DNA of 64,000 bases from Promethearchaeota archaeon (GTDB lineage Archaea > Asgardarchaeota > Lokiarchaeia > Sigyniarchaeales > SOKP01). The stretch is from assembly GCA_019057795.1 (NCBI GenBank), contig JAHLWS010000069.1, forward strand, positions 1 through 64,000, in the 5' to 3' direction. The translations under genes were made by a program, and so were the position numbers. Below the pieces are notes generated by a model that saw only the letters and a program-made list of their open reading frames with translations, was not told the origin of the DNA and did no database searches. Shown here in pieces: positions 19,983 to 29,888 of this stretch. Positions within the stretch are counted from its first letter, which is position 1. Every line of letters begins with the position of its first letter.

Positions 19983-20951
19983 ATGTGGTCAATTAAAAGT
20001 AAAAACAGAACAAGCATATTGAGCTTAACTATGCTTAGCTTATTTCTTATTGGAATTCTATCTACATCGATAGTAGCTAGCTCAACATACCAACATACAT
20101 TAGCGAAAAGAACTGATGATTTCGTAGTAGAGCTTTATAATAGTGCTGAATGGAAAACCACTGTTGATTCCAACTCAACACCGAGCGATTGGTTTGAAGG
20201 AGAGGCAAATATAACAAATGCAAAAAGCAAAACAACTCTAAAAGGATGGACAACCAACACCTGGGACACATATGATGTTCTTACATCAATATTTATGCCC
20301 GAATACTTCAATTTTACAGAAACCATGGCACTCTTATACATAATGGATGAGCAGGGATACAACGAAACTACGATCAATGCTAATTATACAAATACTTATA
20401 GCTTATGGTATGGATTCACTGCTGTATGGAATTATACGAGTAATGACTATGAGGAGAATCCGAGCTATTCCGATGGAATCATAATCCTTCACAATCCTTT
20501 AGATTACAAATCAATGTTGGACGATTATAATAACATCGCCGAGGATCTTAACGGAAACTTTTTTATTAAAATTATGGGCTATAGCTTTCCAAATATAAGC
20601 GCAGATGAATTTCTTTGGCAACTCGCTTTCAATAGTTTAGCAATCGCTGAACCACATAATAGTTATTTGGAGTCTCTAATTACTGAACTTGGATGCGAAA
20701 ATGCATCGGTAAGCGGATCAACACTTATAATTGAGCGTTACGGTTTAACGAATTACACTGTCGAAATATCATACGGAGATAAGGGGACTATGTCCTCATT
20801 CACGGTAAAAGACATTGGTGATACGGTTATCTATCGAATAACCAGTTCTAATTCAGAGTGGCTGTTTTATTTAATTCTAATAATAGTATCAACAAGCAGC
20901 ATTGTATTAGTTGCTTATGTAGTTATTAGAAATTGGAGACATAAAAGATAA
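19983..20951 (+). CDS. Secreted, C-terminally membrane-anchored protein
   Basis: N-terminal signal-like segment, C-terminal TM plus basic tail, nine N-x-S/T sequons in the mature region. Confidence 0.75.
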   Translation: MWSIKSKNRTSILSLTMLSLFLIGILSTSIVASSTYQHTLAKRTDDFVVELYNSAEWKTTVDSNSTPSDWFEGEANITNAKSKTTLKGWTTNTWDTYDVLTSIFMPEYFNFTETMALLYIMDEQGYNETTINANYTNTYSLWYGFTAVWNYTSNDYEENPSYSDGIIILHNPLDYKSMLDDYNNIAEDLNGNFFIKIMGYSFPNISADEFLWQLAFNSLAIAEPHNSYLESLITELGCENASVSGSTLIIERYGLTNYTVEISYGDKGTMSSFTVKDIGDTVIYRITSSNSEWLFYLILIIVSTSSIVLVAYVVIRNWRHKR

Positions 20952-20962
20952 TTCTAAAACGA

Positions 20963-20986
20963 TTTTTTTTTAACTTCTTTTTTTTT
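20963..20986 (+). terminator. Oligo-T archaeal terminator after the ABC operon
   Basis: Two long T runs directly after the stop at 20951. Confidence 0.45.
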
Positions 20987-21253
20987 AATGATATCTTTTC
21001 GATTATTTCTCACCAAAATCAGTTTATTTATTAATATTAAGATAATTAATAACCAGTTTAAACAAAAAATAAAAAAAAGCTATTAAAAAAAATGGCTCAA
21101 AAATTATTCAGAACTGTCTGGTAAATCATTTTTGGGAGGATTATAACCTGCGGGATAAATGTTAATTAAATCATGTGGAGTAGTGTCTAAATTATTCTTT
21201 TTAATAATTTTATATAAACAAGATTAAAAAAGAAAAAAAATAATATTTATTGG

Positions 21254-21324
21254 GGAGCTTTAGAGTAAAATTTTTACTTAAAAACTCTCGTGAAGTCGGC
21301 AAGTAAATAATTCTAAAGCGCTCC
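21254..21324 (-). other. Long imperfect stem-loop just downstream of hsp20
   Basis: Minus-strand nested helices GCUUUAGA/UCUAAAGC, UUUACUU/AAGUAAA, GACUU/GAGUU. Confidence 0.55.
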
Positions 21325-21348
21325 GCCTTATTTTTCGATAGATGTATG

Positions 21349-21819
21349 TTAATTGTTTGGTTCTTCGTTAATATCTATCTTTTTAGCAAGTTTCTTTCCT
21401 ATCGTAATCCTTAAAAGACCGTTAGTCAATTTAGAAGATATCGTATTTTCGTCTGCGTCAGCTGGAAGTGGAATGTCCATGTTTACTTCTGTGAACGTAA
21501 ATCCTCTGAACGCAAAAGGAAATCCATGTTTTTCAGGCTTTTCTTTGCTCTTTTCACGTTCTGGTACTTTCGGCTTGCTTGCTGTTACATTTAGATGTTT
21601 ATTGATAAGCGATACTTTAACATCCTCTTTAGTACGTCCTGGTAATGGTACGGTAATTAAATATACGCTTCCTAAATCTTCTATGTTGTGGTGAATATAA
21701 CCGCCCATAAAATCTCTCATAAAATGATGGGCCATTCGCTTCATTCTAGTTATGTCTCTTGGATTAATAGGGATGCAACCATGCATCATTCTTGGTCCAA
21801 AATTTCTGTCGTCACACAT
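21349..21819 (-). CDS. Small heat shock protein (Hsp20/alpha-crystallin)
   Basis: LPGRTKEDVKV...IPLP...SKLTNGLLRITI, C-terminal IDI motif. Confidence 0.88.
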   Translation of the reverse strand: MCDDRNFGPRMMHGCIPINPRDITRMKRMAHHFMRDFMGGYIHHNIEDLGSVYLITVPLPGRTKEDVKVSLINKHLNVTASKPKVPEREKSKEKPEKHGFPFAFRGFTFTEVNMDIPLPADADENTISSKLTNGLLRITIGKKLAKKIDINEEPNN

Positions 21820-21866
21820 TCGATTTTTTACCTCTTTTCTTTAATTTTTTTTTAAATTGATGAAAA

Positions 21867-22529
21867 TCAAAAGTTTTCGAAATCATCATCATCGTCTAGT
21901 ATTTCAATAATTTTCACGTTTTCTTCCCTATTCTTCTTTATGTTATTGAGTAGAACTTTGTATTCAGAGATTTTTTTATCAATTTCTTTCAGTCTTCTTG
22001 AAAGTCTATGCTTCGATAAGTCTAATTCTTTAATTACTTTATTTACGCGTTCAATGTTTGCTAAAGAATAATCATTTTCATTAATTTTTCTAGATGAAGG
22101 TTCACAGTGATAAGGAAAGCAAGACATCATACTGTGTATGCGTTCCTCGTTAGGAATCCATGTTTTAACAATAGTTCGTATATATTCTCCAAGCGTGTTA
22201 ATGCTAGGCTCTAAATTGCTTTTGAGTATTTCTTTCAATCCCTTTTTTCCAGATTCTGTTATTCGATATAATTTTAATTGACGATTGTTTCTGATTATTG
22301 CTTCAATGTTGATATATCCTTTCGTAGTTAACCTGTTCAATAAAGGGTAAATTGTTCCCGGTGAAGCTCGCCATAAATTTTTAAATTTTTCGTTGATTTT
22401 TTGAATAAGACCGTATCCCGAGATACCGTCGAAATTTTCTATAATAGAAAGTACTAGGATATCTAACCCTGATAAGGATCCGCTCTGATGTCCGCTGAAA
22501 CGTTTACCAAAAAACATTTTTTTCACCAA
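21867..22529 (-). CDS. PadR-family transcriptional regulator
   Basis: SGYGLI...W..SPGTIYPLLNRL...Y.ITESG. Confidence 0.88.
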   Translation of the reverse strand: MVKKMFFGKRFSGHQSGSLSGLDILVLSIIENFDGISGYGLIQKINEKFKNLWRASPGTIYPLLNRLTTKGYINIEAIIRNNRQLKLYRITESGKKGLKEILKSNLEPSINTLGEYIRTIVKTWIPNEERIHSMMSCFPYHCEPSSRKINENDYSLANIERVNKVIKELDLSKHRLSRRLKEIDKKISEYKVLLNNIKKNREENVKIIEILDDDDDFENF

Positions 22530-22540
22530 TTAGATAGTCT

Positions 22541-22561
22541 GATCTCGATATATCTAAGATC
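22541..22561. promoter_or_regulatory. Imperfect palindrome, candidate PadR operator
   Basis: GATCTCGATATATCTAAGATC centred on GATATATC, about 12 nt upstream of the padR start; related ATATATCG near 22600. Confidence 0.45.
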
Positions 22562-22630
22562 GAACATTAATATTTTAATATAAAGACGCCTTAATAAATA
22601 TATCGGAAATCGAATACATATAAAAGAATG

Positions 22631-23197
22631 TTATAATTCATTAATTTTTTGATGTACTTCCTTCCAATTATGAACCCTATAAATATTATTCTCACAAATA
22701 ATATCTTGATTCCAGGGTTGATTAAATAGTAACAATGTTCTGTTTTTTAACTTCTTAATTGGTTCTACTAAGCTCGGGTTATCATCAACGTAGAGATCAT
22801 AACTTTGTTTTAATTTAATATCGTAAGGCCGATGGTGTAGTAAAATTAATTCAGAATATTGAATACTCTCCCTAATATTGTGAAAATCTAACTTTTTTTT
22901 TATTGAAGAACGATATTCAGGTATCCGTGCTGAGAGTATATCCATGTCGTATACCTCGTTTAATTTTTTCATAATTTCCGGAGCGTTCTCGTCAATAAAA
23001 GGAATATTCATAGAATCAGCATATATTTCGTAGAAAATTTTGAAAGCAGTATCTTCATCCACATTCCAATCTTTAAAAAAGTCCCATTTAGTAACATCTT
23101 TTTTTTGATGGTTAGTGCCATATCTTTTGTTGAATATTTCGCAATAGGTTACAATAATATCAAGTAAAACGCCATCTATGTCGATCGCGATTTTCAT
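22631..23197 (-). CDS. HAD-superfamily 5'(3')-deoxyribonucleotidase-like protein
   Basis: IAIDIDGVL, LSAR, YVDDNP, QPWN, RVHNW. Confidence 0.85.
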   Translation of the reverse strand: MKIAIDIDGVLLDIIVTYCEIFNKRYGTNHQKKDVTKWDFFKDWNVDEDTAFKIFYEIYADSMNIPFIDENAPEIMKKLNEVYDMDILSARIPEYRSSIKKKLDFHNIRESIQYSELILLHHRPYDIKLKQSYDLYVDDNPSLVEPIKKLKNRTLLLFNQPWNQDIICENNIYRVHNWKEVHQKINEL

Positions 23198-23623
23198 AAT
23201 AAAATAATTGGCGATAATATTATAAATATCTTTATGTGATTATTATGTGATTTGTTCAAACCAAATTTTAGTAAATACTATTCTGTTTAGAAATTTTAAA
23301 TTTACTTGAAATTATTCGTTAAGTTTTGTTGAATTTTTGTTGAAACTAAGCGTTAAATTTATATAGCCACATTAATAATACAGTAATGGGACTCGATTCC
23401 CACAAATAATGCTATAAACGAAGGTGATGATTTAAAAAAACCTGAATTGAATACAGAAAAATAAAAAAGTTTATCCTTTCCTCTACTAGGATTAACAAAC
23501 AACGACTTTTCTTTTTTTTCCCTTCTTCTTAATATTTTTTATATATATATGCTAAATTAATTTTTATGTCTTATATCGAATTAAAGTGCAATTAAATTTA
23601 AAATAAAAAGTTGTGAAGTCTAA

Positions 23624-24400
23624 TTGAAGCAAATAAAGGGAATTTTGGCAGATATTGATGGTACTCTCTACTTTAAAGGTTCAGCAATTTCTGGAACGAT
23701 CGAAGCCGTAGAAGAGCTACGAAAAAAAGGCATTAAATTGTTGTTTTTAACTAACACCGATAGTAAATCTCCTAGAACTGTGTTTAATACGCTGAATGAA
23801 TACGGATTTTCTATTAAGGAGCGGGAGTTATTTACGCCGATTATTGCTTTAAAGGAATTTTTAGAGGAATATCCCGATAAGAAAATTTATTTGGTTACAA
23901 CTGAAGAGGTAAAAGAAGAATTTCAAAAATTTCGTCAAATTAAGAGTTCAGAAGTTCCGGATTTTGTAATTATAGGAGATTTTCAGGATAATTGGGATGT
24001 TAACAGACTTAATGTAGCTTTTAAATATGTTATAAAACATAAAGCTAAATTACTTGGAACGCAAGGAAATAAATATTACCTAGATCGTAATGGAGAACCC
24101 GTAATAGATACGGGGTCTTTTGTGTGGATGATTGCCAACGCAGCAAATGTAACGCCAAAAATATTTGGAAAGCCTTCAAAAGAATATTTCGTACAGGCTT
24201 TAAAGAAGCTTGATTTGTTAGCTAAGGACACTGTTGTAATAGGAGACGATATCGAATCAGATATTGAAGGTGCTCTTAATGCCAACATTAGAGGAATTCT
24301 TGTAAAAACGGGAAAAGGAAAATTCTTTAATCCCTTAGAATCAGAGATACATCCAAATATGGTTATTAACTCGTTTAGTTCCATACTTGAACTGCTATGA
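23624..24400 (+). CDS. HAD-IIA hydrolase (LHPP/HDHD2-like)
   Basis: DIDGTL, LTN, FGKPS, IGDDIESDIEGA, VKTGK. Confidence 0.88.
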   Translation: MKQIKGILADIDGTLYFKGSAISGTIEAVEELRKKGIKLLFLTNTDSKSPRTVFNTLNEYGFSIKERELFTPIIALKEFLEEYPDKKIYLVTTEEVKEEFQKFRQIKSSEVPDFVIIGDFQDNWDVNRLNVAFKYVIKHKAKLLGTQGNKYYLDRNGEPVIDTGSFVWMIANAANVTPKIFGKPSKEYFVQALKKLDLLAKDTVVIGDDIESDIEGALNANIRGILVKTGKGKFFNPLESEIHPNMVINSFSSILELL

Positions 24401-24416
24401 ATTAATAATTTTGGTT

Positions 24417-24617
24417 TTATGCTGACATCGCTGAAGAATTAGGTGTTCCATTAATTTTGAAAATTTGATATTGATCCTTTATTTCATCAATATCTACGGT
24501 AATGAGCGTGTGAAGATGATGTTTTTTCTCAAAGAGCTCAATTTTATTTTGATTTATGGGATTATTTGGGTGAATTACTATATATTCCTTACATCTAATA
24601 CATGCTCGAGCTCTCAT
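24417..24617 (-). CDS. Small putative zinc-binding protein
   Basis: CxxC near the N-terminus and HxxH (HHLH) later; ATG start. Confidence 0.6.
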   Translation of the reverse strand: MRARACIRCKEYIVIHPNNPINQNKIELFEKKHHLHTLITVDIDEIKDQYQIFKINGTPNSSAMSA

Positions 24618-24819
24618 AATACTTCTTCATCGATCTATCTTAAATCTATAATTATTAAAAATCAAATGTATAAGAAATTATTGTTTTTTTTTAGAAATGT
24701 TCGTGTTGATCGAACATAATATTAAAAGAGGTAATTTCTATACTATAGACTAGACTCAATTTTGTTTTTTACAATTTCTTCTTTAATATCGCAAGTTTCT
24801 TTCAAGCAGATCGTTCACA

Positions 24820-27066
24820 CTAAATATCCATAAGGTTTGGTATCGTTGAGTCGTACAAATCCTTCATCTTATCGATATCAAGTTTAATATCTTGAGATTT
24901 TAAACCTTTTACGTTGATTTCTGGTTTATTGGTTAAAACACCTAATTTTTTAACGGATACTTTAAATTTTTCGCAAAGAATCATAATTTCCTTAAAATCT
25001 TTTGGATCAGTTTCTATTATAAATCTCCCTACAGATTCGCTAAATAAAAGCTTATCGTCTCTTAAATTCTTGTCATTGTAACTATTTAGGTCTAAATCTG
25101 CTCCAAGTTTATTTTTGAAACACATTTCGCCAATTGAGATTATAAATCCTCCCTTGTTTACATCGTGATTAGCTTTAATCATTTTTTTTTCATACAATTC
25201 AAAAATAAAATCCCATCTTGCCTTGATTTTTTTCTCATCTACTTTAGGTGGAATCCCCCCTTCAATATCATATATAACTGAATGATATTCTGACCCGCCT
25301 AATTCATTTTCGGTTTCACCAATAATAAGAATGTCATTTCCTACATTTTTAAACGGTAAAGTTATTATATTTTCAACACCATCAATTATACCAACAATCA
25401 TTATTACGGGTGAAGGCTTAATTGCCGTTTTAGTGACCTCGTCTTCGTTATAAAATGAAACATTTCCACCTACCACAGGGATTCTTAATTCTTTGCAAAA
25501 ATCAGCCATACCTCTTACGGAATTTGCAAAATACCAGAAAGATTCAGGAATTTCAGGATTTCCGAAATTACAGCAATTTACCATAGCTTTAGGCTTTGCA
25601 CCGTTTGCTATTATATTCCCACAAACCTCTACAAGACCTCCTTTAGCTCCTTCGTATGGATCTAGGAAACATTGCTTTGAATTCGTTCCAACGCTCGACG
25701 CTAAAAATTTGTTAGTTCCGATTATTCTAAGCACTCCCGAGTCACCAGTTCCACATTTTACGACTGATCTAACTCCTACCTCGTGATCGTATTGTCTATA
25801 AACCCATTCCTTACTGCAAATATTTTCAGAAGCTATTAATTTGTAGATTATTTCTTCAAGATTAGAAGAAGGTTCAGGTGTTTTTTGGGATATAAGATCA
25901 TCAAGAATTTCAGGTCTTTTTTCTTCGCGATCTATTATTGGAGACTCTGAAAGAGCTATTGAAGGCAAACTAACTACTAAATTATCGCCATCATATATCT
26001 TCAAAACCTTAGAATCGTCTGTTCTGCCTATTACTGCGTGAGCCATTTCAAACTTTCGAAAGATTTCTAAGATTTTTTCTAAACCTTCTGGTTTTACTAT
26101 AAATGCCATCCTTTCTTGGGATTCTGAAAGCATAATTTCGTAGGAATTCATACCCGGTTCACGCGTAAATATTTTACGCATCTCTATCCTAGCTCCCGTT
26201 CCACCATCTCCTGTTAACTCGCTTAGCGCACAAGATATCCCTCCTCCGCCAAGATCCTTTAATCCCCTTACATAACCTGTTTTTATAGCTTCTATAGTTG
26301 CTTCAATTATCATTTTTTTCGTAAACGGGTCCCCTATTTGAACCGCAGGTCTATCTGCTTCAGACATGTCTGTTAATGTCCTTGAGGCAAATGTTACTCC
26401 ATGAATGCCATCCCTCCCAGTTGAGCCTCCCATAAGGATAATATAATCTCCCGGGTTATATGCTCTACTCGGAGCGTGTTTAAAATCTTCAACGCTACCT
26501 AATCCGATGCATGCAACATTGACTAAACAATTGCTTTCAAAACTTCTATCAAATTCTACCTCACCTCCAATGGTGGGGATTCCGGTACAATTTCCATAGT
26601 CAGCAATTCCCTTTACCACATATTTAAAAAGCCATTGAGAATGTGGATTATTTTTTAGTGTACCAAATCTAAGTGGGTCTAATAACGCAATTGGTCGTAC
26701 ACCCATACATAAAACATCCCTAATAATTCCACCTATGCCCGTTGCAGCACCATGATAAGGTTCTATCGCTGAAGGGTGGTTATGAGATTCAATTCGAAAT
26801 GCTAACGCGTAACCATCTCCTATGTCAATAACCCCTGCATCTTGCCCAGGTCCAGCTAATACATAATCGTAATTTTTTTCAGCATCTTCAAAAAGTTTTA
26901 ATTTAGGACGAGATGATTTATAGGAGCAATGTTCGCTCCACATGACATCAAACATGCCCAATTCAGTGATAGATGGATCTCTTTCAAGCGTATCTTTTAT
27001 CCACTTAACCTCTGGCTCCGTTAAATCAACTTTTAATTCTTCTCCATTAATTTTCACTTTAGGCAT
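24820..27066 (-). CDS. purL: Phosphoribosylformylglycinamidine synthase subunit PurL
   Basis: MWSEHCSYKS, ESHNHPS, TGRDGIHG, SESQERM, QYDHEV, GGNVSFYN. Confidence 0.97.
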   Translation of the reverse strand: MPKVKINGEELKVDLTEPEVKWIKDTLERDPSITELGMFDVMWSEHCSYKSSRPKLKLFEDAEKNYDYVLAGPGQDAGVIDIGDGYALAFRIESHNHPSAIEPYHGAATGIGGIIRDVLCMGVRPIALLDPLRFGTLKNNPHSQWLFKYVVKGIADYGNCTGIPTIGGEVEFDRSFESNCLVNVACIGLGSVEDFKHAPSRAYNPGDYIILMGGSTGRDGIHGVTFASRTLTDMSEADRPAVQIGDPFTKKMIIEATIEAIKTGYVRGLKDLGGGGISCALSELTGDGGTGARIEMRKIFTREPGMNSYEIMLSESQERMAFIVKPEGLEKILEIFRKFEMAHAVIGRTDDSKVLKIYDGDNLVVSLPSIALSESPIIDREEKRPEILDDLISQKTPEPSSNLEEIIYKLIASENICSKEWVYRQYDHEVGVRSVVKCGTGDSGVLRIIGTNKFLASSVGTNSKQCFLDPYEGAKGGLVEVCGNIIANGAKPKAMVNCCNFGNPEIPESFWYFANSVRGMADFCKELRIPVVGGNVSFYNEDEVTKTAIKPSPVIMIVGIIDGVENIITLPFKNVGNDILIIGETENELGGSEYHSVIYDIEGGIPPKVDEKKIKARWDFIFELYEKKMIKANHDVNKGGFIISIGEMCFKNKLGADLDLNSYNDKNLRDDKLLFSESVGRFIIETDPKDFKEIMILCEKFKVSVKKLGVLTNKPEINVKGLKSQDIKLDIDKMKDLYDSTIPNLMDI

Positions 27067-27068
27067 TA

Positions 27069-27776
27069 TTATGACCTCCTTTTAATAAATTCTACCATCG
27101 AATTAAAAAACAGCTTACCATGTGTCGTACCTTTAGGGGATAATATTGCTTCTGATGCTCGTTCTGGATGTGGCATTAATCCCATACAATTTCGTTCTAA
27201 ATTACAAATTCCTGCGATATTTTCCATTGATCCATTAGGATTTGCATTTTGAGTATATATACCATTTTCATCTGAATATTTAAATACTATTAGCTCGTTT
27301 TCTTCCAATTCCTTTAAGTTGTCAGCAAAATATCTTCCTTCTCCATGAGCGATAGGGATAGCAAGTACGTCACCGTTTTTCATTTTGTGTGTAAAGGGGG
27401 TTTTGTTATTTTCTACTCTTATGTTTATCCATTTACAAACGAATTTCAAAGAGTCGTTTTGTAAGAGAGCGCCAGGAAGAAATTCAGCTTCGATTAAGAT
27501 TTGGAAACCGTTGCAGATACCTATTATAGGTCTACCGTCCTTCAACATGATACGAGCTTCATCTAACGCGGGGCTATGGGCTGCAATAATGCCCGCTCTT
27601 AAATAATCTCCAAATGAGAACCCTCCTGGAAGAATAACGCCATCAAACTCGGCTTCTTTAAAGTGATTATGCCAAACTAAGCTGGTTTCAACTCCAATAA
27701 CATTATTTAAAACATGCATTGCGTCTAAATCGCAATTTGCTCCAGGAAATTGAATAACAGCAATCTTAATAGTCAT
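27069..27776 (-). CDS. purQ: FGAM synthase glutaminase subunit PurQ
   Basis: PGGFSFGDYLR, GICNGFQ, AHGEG, NPNGS, MPHPER. Confidence 0.97.
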   Translation of the reverse strand: MTIKIAVIQFPGANCDLDAMHVLNNVIGVETSLVWHNHFKEAEFDGVILPGGFSFGDYLRAGIIAAHSPALDEARIMLKDGRPIIGICNGFQILIEAEFLPGALLQNDSLKFVCKWINIRVENNKTPFTHKMKNGDVLAIPIAHGEGRYFADNLKELEENELIVFKYSDENGIYTQNANPNGSMENIAGICNLERNCMGLMPHPERASEAILSPKGTTHGKLFFNSMVEFIKRRS

Positions 27777-28042
27777 AATTTCTTCACGTTTAGAACGTTT
27801 AAATTCTGCGTAACTGGATTAAAGATTCTTAGGTCATTGCACATTTTTGTGACAATTTCCTTGGCATCTTCTTCATTGTTCGCCTTTAAAACGATTCTTA
27901 AATATTGACCCGAACGAACTTTGGATACTTGGTCATATCCTTTTTTTGCGAGCAAATCTCTTTTTATAGTCTCAGCTACGGGATCGCGAGCGGCAGGTTT
28001 GTTCTCCAACGAGATTTCTATTTCAAATTCTGATTGAGCCAT
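27773..28042 (-). CDS. purS: FGAM synthase subunit PurS
   Basis: KP...DP, VRSG, MC..L...NPV; overlaps purQ. Confidence 0.9.
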   Translation of the reverse strand: MAQSEFEIEISLENKPAARDPVAETIKRDLLAKKGYDQVSKVRSGQYLRIVLKANNEEDAKEIVTKMCNDLRIFNPVTQNLNVLNVKKL

Positions 28043-28175
28043 TTATGAAAAAAAGGTGAGTAATAATTTTAATAGTTCTTATTAATTAATAAATAATTTT
28101 CTTCAATAAAATGCGACAAAAATGATTTATTTTTTATCTATTAAAATTTAAAGACCCTAAATCGAATCTAATCTA

Positions 28176-28376
28176 TTACAATTGCATAAAGCTAACTAAA
28201 ACCAAGAGTAATAACGCAAAAAGGTTGAATAGAAAACTGTATTTACCGAGTTTTGGCAGTTTTTTGTCCATAACTCTGTTTTCATTCCTTTTTGTGGAAG
28301 TTAGATCAATAATCAGCGTAACAAAAGCAGCCATAAACAATGCAAATACACCAATCAATAAAATAAAAATAAACAT
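28176..28376 (-). CDS. Small two-TM membrane protein
   Basis: Two hydrophobic segments; co-oriented between purC and purS. Confidence 0.5.
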   Translation of the reverse strand: MFIFILLIGVFALFMAAFVTLIIDLTSTKRNENRVMDKKLPKLGKYSFLFNLFALLLLVLVSFMQL

Positions 28377-28422
28377 GATAAAAAAATTACTATTAAATCT
28401 TATTTAAATCTTTTCCTAAGAG

Positions 28423-29400
28423 CTATAAATAATTTGCTTTCTTCAAATTGTTTACAATTCTCTCTACCACATCGATGACTTCAGCTTTAAATTCTAACCC
28501 TGTAATCTTTTGATAGCTTTTCATGTATCTTTTTGTCAGCTCAATTTTAATTTCTGAGGAAATTGGAGGTATATCTTGATCCGGCTTAATATTTGGGAAT
28601 ATATTGGGGTAAGTTTCCATCAACCAACCCCGAAATATCTCTTTATCTAAAATTTCAGGTTCTTCGTCGTTTTCAAATCTTTCTTCGTAATTCTCTAACA
28701 TCCAAAATCTGGACGAATCTTGAGTGTGTATTTCGTCGATTAATAGTAATTCTCCATCTTTCAAGCCAAATTCGTATTTCGTATCTACTAATATAAGTCC
28801 GTTTTTGTTGCAGTAATCTTGGCCAAATCTGAACAATTTAACAGCAGCTTCTTCCATTTGTAAATATATGTCTTTATCAACTCTTTTATCTTTTAAGATC
28901 GTATCTCTTGAGATATATATATCATGACCACTCTTTGCTTTAGTAGAAGGAGTTAAAATAATATCGTCTAACTTTTGATTTTTTTTTAAACCGCTCGGTA
29001 AAACAATTCCTGAAGTCATATTGCCTTTAGTATAACTACGCCACGCTGTTCCAGTTATATACGCTCTTACAATCATTTCCACTGGAATCATTTCACACTG
29101 ATGAACAACGGCAACGTTAGGATCTGGAATGGTTATAATGTGATTTTTAACTAAATTTTTAGTTTTTTCAAACCAAAAAGACGAGATTTGATTTAGCATC
29201 TGCCCTTTAAAGGGTATCGTAGTAATAACGCGATCAAAAGCAGATAAACGATCTGTAGCAATAATAATTCTAGTATCGCCTTTTATGTAATTATCTCGCA
29301 CTTTTCCCTTATATAATTCCCCTAAAGATGAAAAATTAGTCTCATCTAAAGTCTTTTCGAATTGATTTTTAATTATATCATCTATTTTGTCAGTTACCAT
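28423..29400 (-). CDS. purC: SAICAR synthetase
   Basis: GKVRD, TDRLSAFD, TPSTKA, LVDTKYEFG, IDE...DSSRFW, DKE. Confidence 0.96.
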   Translation of the reverse strand: MVTDKIDDIIKNQFEKTLDETNFSSLGELYKGKVRDNYIKGDTRIIIATDRLSAFDRVITTIPFKGQMLNQISSFWFEKTKNLVKNHIITIPDPNVAVVHQCEMIPVEMIVRAYITGTAWRSYTKGNMTSGIVLPSGLKKNQKLDDIILTPSTKAKSGHDIYISRDTILKDKRVDKDIYLQMEEAAVKLFRFGQDYCNKNGLILVDTKYEFGLKDGELLLIDEIHTQDSSRFWMLENYEERFENDEEPEILDKEIFRGWLMETYPNIFPNIKPDQDIPPISSEIKIELTKRYMKSYQKITGLEFKAEVIDVVERIVNNLKKANYL

Positions 29401-29479
29401 GTATATAATTAAGATAAAAAAGCATAAAAATTTTATATTGAAATTATTAACGCAAAAATAATTAATAATAATAAAACGC

Positions 29480-29848
29480 TCATAGTTTTCGGTAAGAACC
29501 GTTGTTAAATTCTTCTGTTGAGTATTTATTTCTATTTTTTTCCATTTTTTTGATAAAAATATCAGTTAGATCTACATTAACGCTATTTGTAATGCTAATT
29601 AAATATATAAACACGTCTGCAATCTCATCAGAGAGCTTTTCTAATATTTCCTTATTCTTACGAATAGTTTCAAGTGAATAATCTTTAAACAAAAAGATTT
29701 CGGATAATTCTGCAACTTCAATACTAAGTGCTTGAATTAAATTTTTTGGAGTATGAAATTTAGCCCAGTTGCGTTCTCTAACAAATTCTCGCACTTCTTC
29801 TTTAAAAAAAGAAATTGTCGTATTATCATCTTTAAGATTTGGATTCAT
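29480..29848 (-). CDS. MazG-like nucleotide pyrophosphohydrolase (dCTPase family)
   Basis: ERNWAKFHTPKNL, EVAEL, DEIADV, KM.KN..KY. Confidence 0.88.
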   Translation of the reverse strand: MNPNLKDDNTTISFFKEEVREFVRERNWAKFHTPKNLIQALSIEVAELSEIFLFKDYSLETIRKNKEILEKLSDEIADVFIYLISITNSVNVDLTDIFIKKMEKNRNKYSTEEFNNGSYRKL

Positions 29849-29888
29849 AATTAAGTAAACAACAACAAAATAGAATATAATTAAGATA

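Noticed and set aside
21254-21324. SECIS element
   Set aside because: No AUGA/GA core in the stem and no in-frame UGA in the upstream genes.
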